Shown: positions 57,338-59,021 of the stretch, piece after piece
Layout of the letters: every line of letters begins with the position of its first letter
How positions within the stretch are numbered: position 1 is the stretch's first letter
DNA from: a virus
Lineage: Duplodnaviria; Caudoviricetes
IMG/VR virus record: IMGVR_UViG_3300047669_002431
Span: 1 to 59,021 of that record
DNA: 59,021 nucleotides
Reading direction: 5' to 3' (one strand)
The notes under the pieces: generated by a model
The model's database searches: none
Seen by the model: the letters and a program-made list of their open reading frames with translations, nothing else
What the model was told of the DNA's origin: nothing
Made by a program: the position numbers and the translations under genes

Positions 57338-57646
57338 ATGGCTGATAAAGAAAAATTCTTTAAATGTGATTGCCATAGCGAAGGTATGCTCATCACCAAG
57401 TTCGACGATGAGGAAGAACTGTACTTTAGCTACTGGCGTGAGGGCATCAACCCCATCAAATTATCTTGGTGGATGCGACTAAGACTGTGCTGGATGGTGC
57501 TGACGAAAGGCAATGTCTATAATGACCAAGTTATTCTAAATAAAGAAAAAGCTATGGAGCTTGCACTGTGGATTCAAGAAGAACATGACCACATTACGAC
57601 GTTGGGACTTCTTGACGCCGAACCACAATCTAAGGATAATGAATAG
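57338..57646 (+). CDS. Hypothetical phage protein
   Basis: FFKCDCHSE...WWMRLRLCW. Confidence 0.65.
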   Translation: MADKEKFFKCDCHSEGMLITKFDDEEELYFSYWREGINPIKLSWWMRLRLCWMVLTKGNVYNDQVILNKEKAMELALWIQEEHDHITTLGLLDAEPQSKDNE

Positions 57647-57648
57647 TT

Positions 57649-57891
57649 ATGTGGAACAATAGAATAGTTAAACACAAGAAAGACGACATCACATGGCATA
57701 GCGTCCATGAAGTATTCTATCATGAGAATGGTGGCATTAACGGCTACACCGAAGACCCAATTACCATCCTTGGCGAGACGGTGGAAGAAGTTAAGTCTCA
57801 GCTAAAAATGATAATGAAAGACATTGAAAAACATGAGGTAATAGACGCTTCGACGGTTAAATTTGAGGATTGGCATGATGAAAAAGAATAA
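57649..57891 (+). CDS. Hypothetical phage protein
   Basis: WNNRIV...VHEVFY..G...TEDP. Confidence 0.65.
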   Translation: MWNNRIVKHKKDDITWHSVHEVFYHENGGINGYTEDPITILGETVEEVKSQLKMIMKDIEKHEVIDASTVKFEDWHDEKE

Positions 57892-58132
57892 AAAAGAACA
57901 ACTGCCTAGCATCTATGTCAGCGAGGTGAAAGACAATTCAGACGGTAGTTGCACCGTGACCTTTGACACGAATAAAGCATTTGATGAGTTGTACAAAAAG
58001 GAAAAGGGGCGCAAGCGCGTAAGCAACAAGGGTCTTGGAAATTATGTACTGGAGCTTATCAGAAAGGGTTTAGCTAAAGAAGACGGGTACGATTTAAAGA
58101 CTTTAACTAATTTTCCCAACGACTTATGCTGA
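57878..58132 (+). CDS. Hypothetical protein
   Basis: Overlapping co-directional ORF. Confidence 0.55.
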   Translation: MKKNKKEQLPSIYVSEVKDNSDGSCTVTFDTNKAFDELYKKEKGRKRVSNKGLGNYVLELIRKGLAKEDGYDLKTLTNFPNDLC

Positions 58133-58150
58133 AGTGTATATTTTATTGTC

Positions 58151-58597
58151 ATGGAAATCGATTTTACAAAACAGATTATAGAAGCTAAAGAGAAAAAAGC
58201 CCTAAACAAGCCGTTTCGCACCGCTGGTGGCCCCAAGAAATTCTCTGTTTACGTTAAGAACGAGAAGGGCAATATCGTAAAAGTTAACTTTGGCGATCCA
58301 AATATGGAAATAAAGCGCGACGATCCCAAACGACGAAAGAGCTTTAGGGCTAGGCATGACTGTGATAACGCTGGCCCGAAATGGAAAGCTCGTTATTGGT
58401 CTTGCAAAATGTGGGAATCTAAAAAATCCGTCACCGATTATCTCAAAGGTTCTCAAGAATGGGACGGCGAAACTTTTCATGATCTAAATAAAATTTTAGC
58501 ACTGAGCTCAAGCCTCCTAAATGTAAATATCGAACCGGATGAAGAGGAGGATGAGGGCTGTGGTGATTGTGGGTGCGGGGGGTGCAAAAATGATTAA
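58151..58597 (+). CDS. Conserved phage protein (DUF6321-like)
   Basis: KKFSVYV..KVNFGDP..RRKSFRARHDC..ARYWSC; AGTGTA 12 nt upstream. Confidence 0.7.
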   Translation: MEIDFTKQIIEAKEKKALNKPFRTAGGPKKFSVYVKNEKGNIVKVNFGDPNMEIKRDDPKRRKSFRARHDCDNAGPKWKARYWSCKMWESKKSVTDYLKGSQEWDGETFHDLNKILALSSSLLNVNIEPDEEEDEGCGDCGCGGCKND

Positions 58598-58784
58598 AAT
58601 AGTTTTGGAAACGGGTTACGACCAACACTACGAAAAAGCAACCCCCAATGGAACGCATAAGGGCAGCGTCACGTACGAAGAAGTAGAGCTTACCGAAGAG
58701 CAAGCTCAAAAACTTTTACAAGGCTTCCTTAATCGCTTAGATCAAGGGAGCGCAATTCAATTTATTAATAAATACAAGAAATAA
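58590..58784 (+). CDS. Hypothetical protein
   Basis: Likely start MIKIV at 58590. Confidence 0.5.
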   Translation: MIKIVLETGYDQHYEKATPNGTHKGSVTYEEVELTEEQAQKLLQGFLNRLDQGSAIQFINKYKK

Positions 58785-58786
58785 GA

Positions 58787-58821
58787 TTGACCAAATAGTA
58801 TATTCTCTGTATAGTTTCACT
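58787..58821 (+). promoter_or_regulatory. sigma70-type promoter, leaderless
   Basis: TTGACC-17-TATAGT-6 nt-ATG(58822). Confidence 0.75.
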
Positions 58822-59021
58822 ATGTTTAAAGGAAAAATTCGCACACTTTGTGGTAATGAGTTTACCGCTTTTTTTCTAAAAGACGCTTCTTCTGACTGCA
58901 GTGATTCCGAGCGGCCCTTAAATCAGCGCGACTCCGGTGGGAAGCATAGCGGTTGCGCCTCTTACTCTTTAAAAGACAAGCCTTCTTTGCTAAATAAGTT
59001 AAGAGACTTAAACTGGATGGA
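58822..59021 (+). CDS. Hypothetical protein, 3'-truncated by the window edge
   Basis: MFKGKIRTLCG... open to the window end, behind a promoter. Confidence 0.55.
   Translation, partial: MFKGKIRTLCGNEFTAFFLKDASSDCSDSERPLNQRDSGGKHSGCASYSLKDKPSLLNKLRDLNWM

Noticed and set aside
1-59021. Alternative genetic code, or a cellular or eukaryotic giant-virus origin
   Set aside because: Genes are intact and densely packed in code 11 with all three stops used. Sigma70 promoters, DnaE/DnaB/DnaG and the absence of housekeeping operons fit a bacteriophage, although no capsid or terminase gene is in the window.

Overview
This window is a fragment of a large AT-rich dsDNA bacteriophage genome in standard genetic code. 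No tRNA, rRNA or CRISPR array was seen. It has three blocks. (1) 1-6.9 kb, + strand: a 5'-truncated modular collagen-like (Gly-X-Y) fibre protein of at least 1450 aa, followed by Cys-rich proteins. (2) 6.9-40.2 kb, - strand: a replication and nucleotide-metabolism block. It holds a Pol III alpha split into separate PHP, DEDDh exonuclease and polymerase genes, plus primase, DnaB, RecA, nucleases, a Chlamydia-type tyrosine-less (class Ic-like) ribonucleotide reductase and a dNMP kinase, interleaved with many glycosyltransferases, Gmd, an epimerase and 2OG-Fe(II) oxygenases. (3) 40.7-59 kb, mostly + strand: accessory genes including dCMP deaminase, dUTPase, signal peptidase I, a SET-domain protein, an HNH endonuclease and an APS kinase-like protein. 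The top candidate system is a COLGALT-like GT25 fused to a PLOD-like lysyl hydroxylase domain (20669-21964), in a genome whose collagen fibre is rich in Gly-X-Lys-Gly sites; this suggests a phage-encoded collagen hydroxylysine-glycosylation pathway. Other highlights are two heavily structured non-coding regions (40.2-40.6 kb at the strand switch, and 52.83-53.02 kb), a recurrent AGTGTA promoter-like motif, and systematic leaderless sigma70 promoters. Family calls come from motif recognition by eye, not database searches. A PVC-group (Verrucomicrobia-like) host is inference only.
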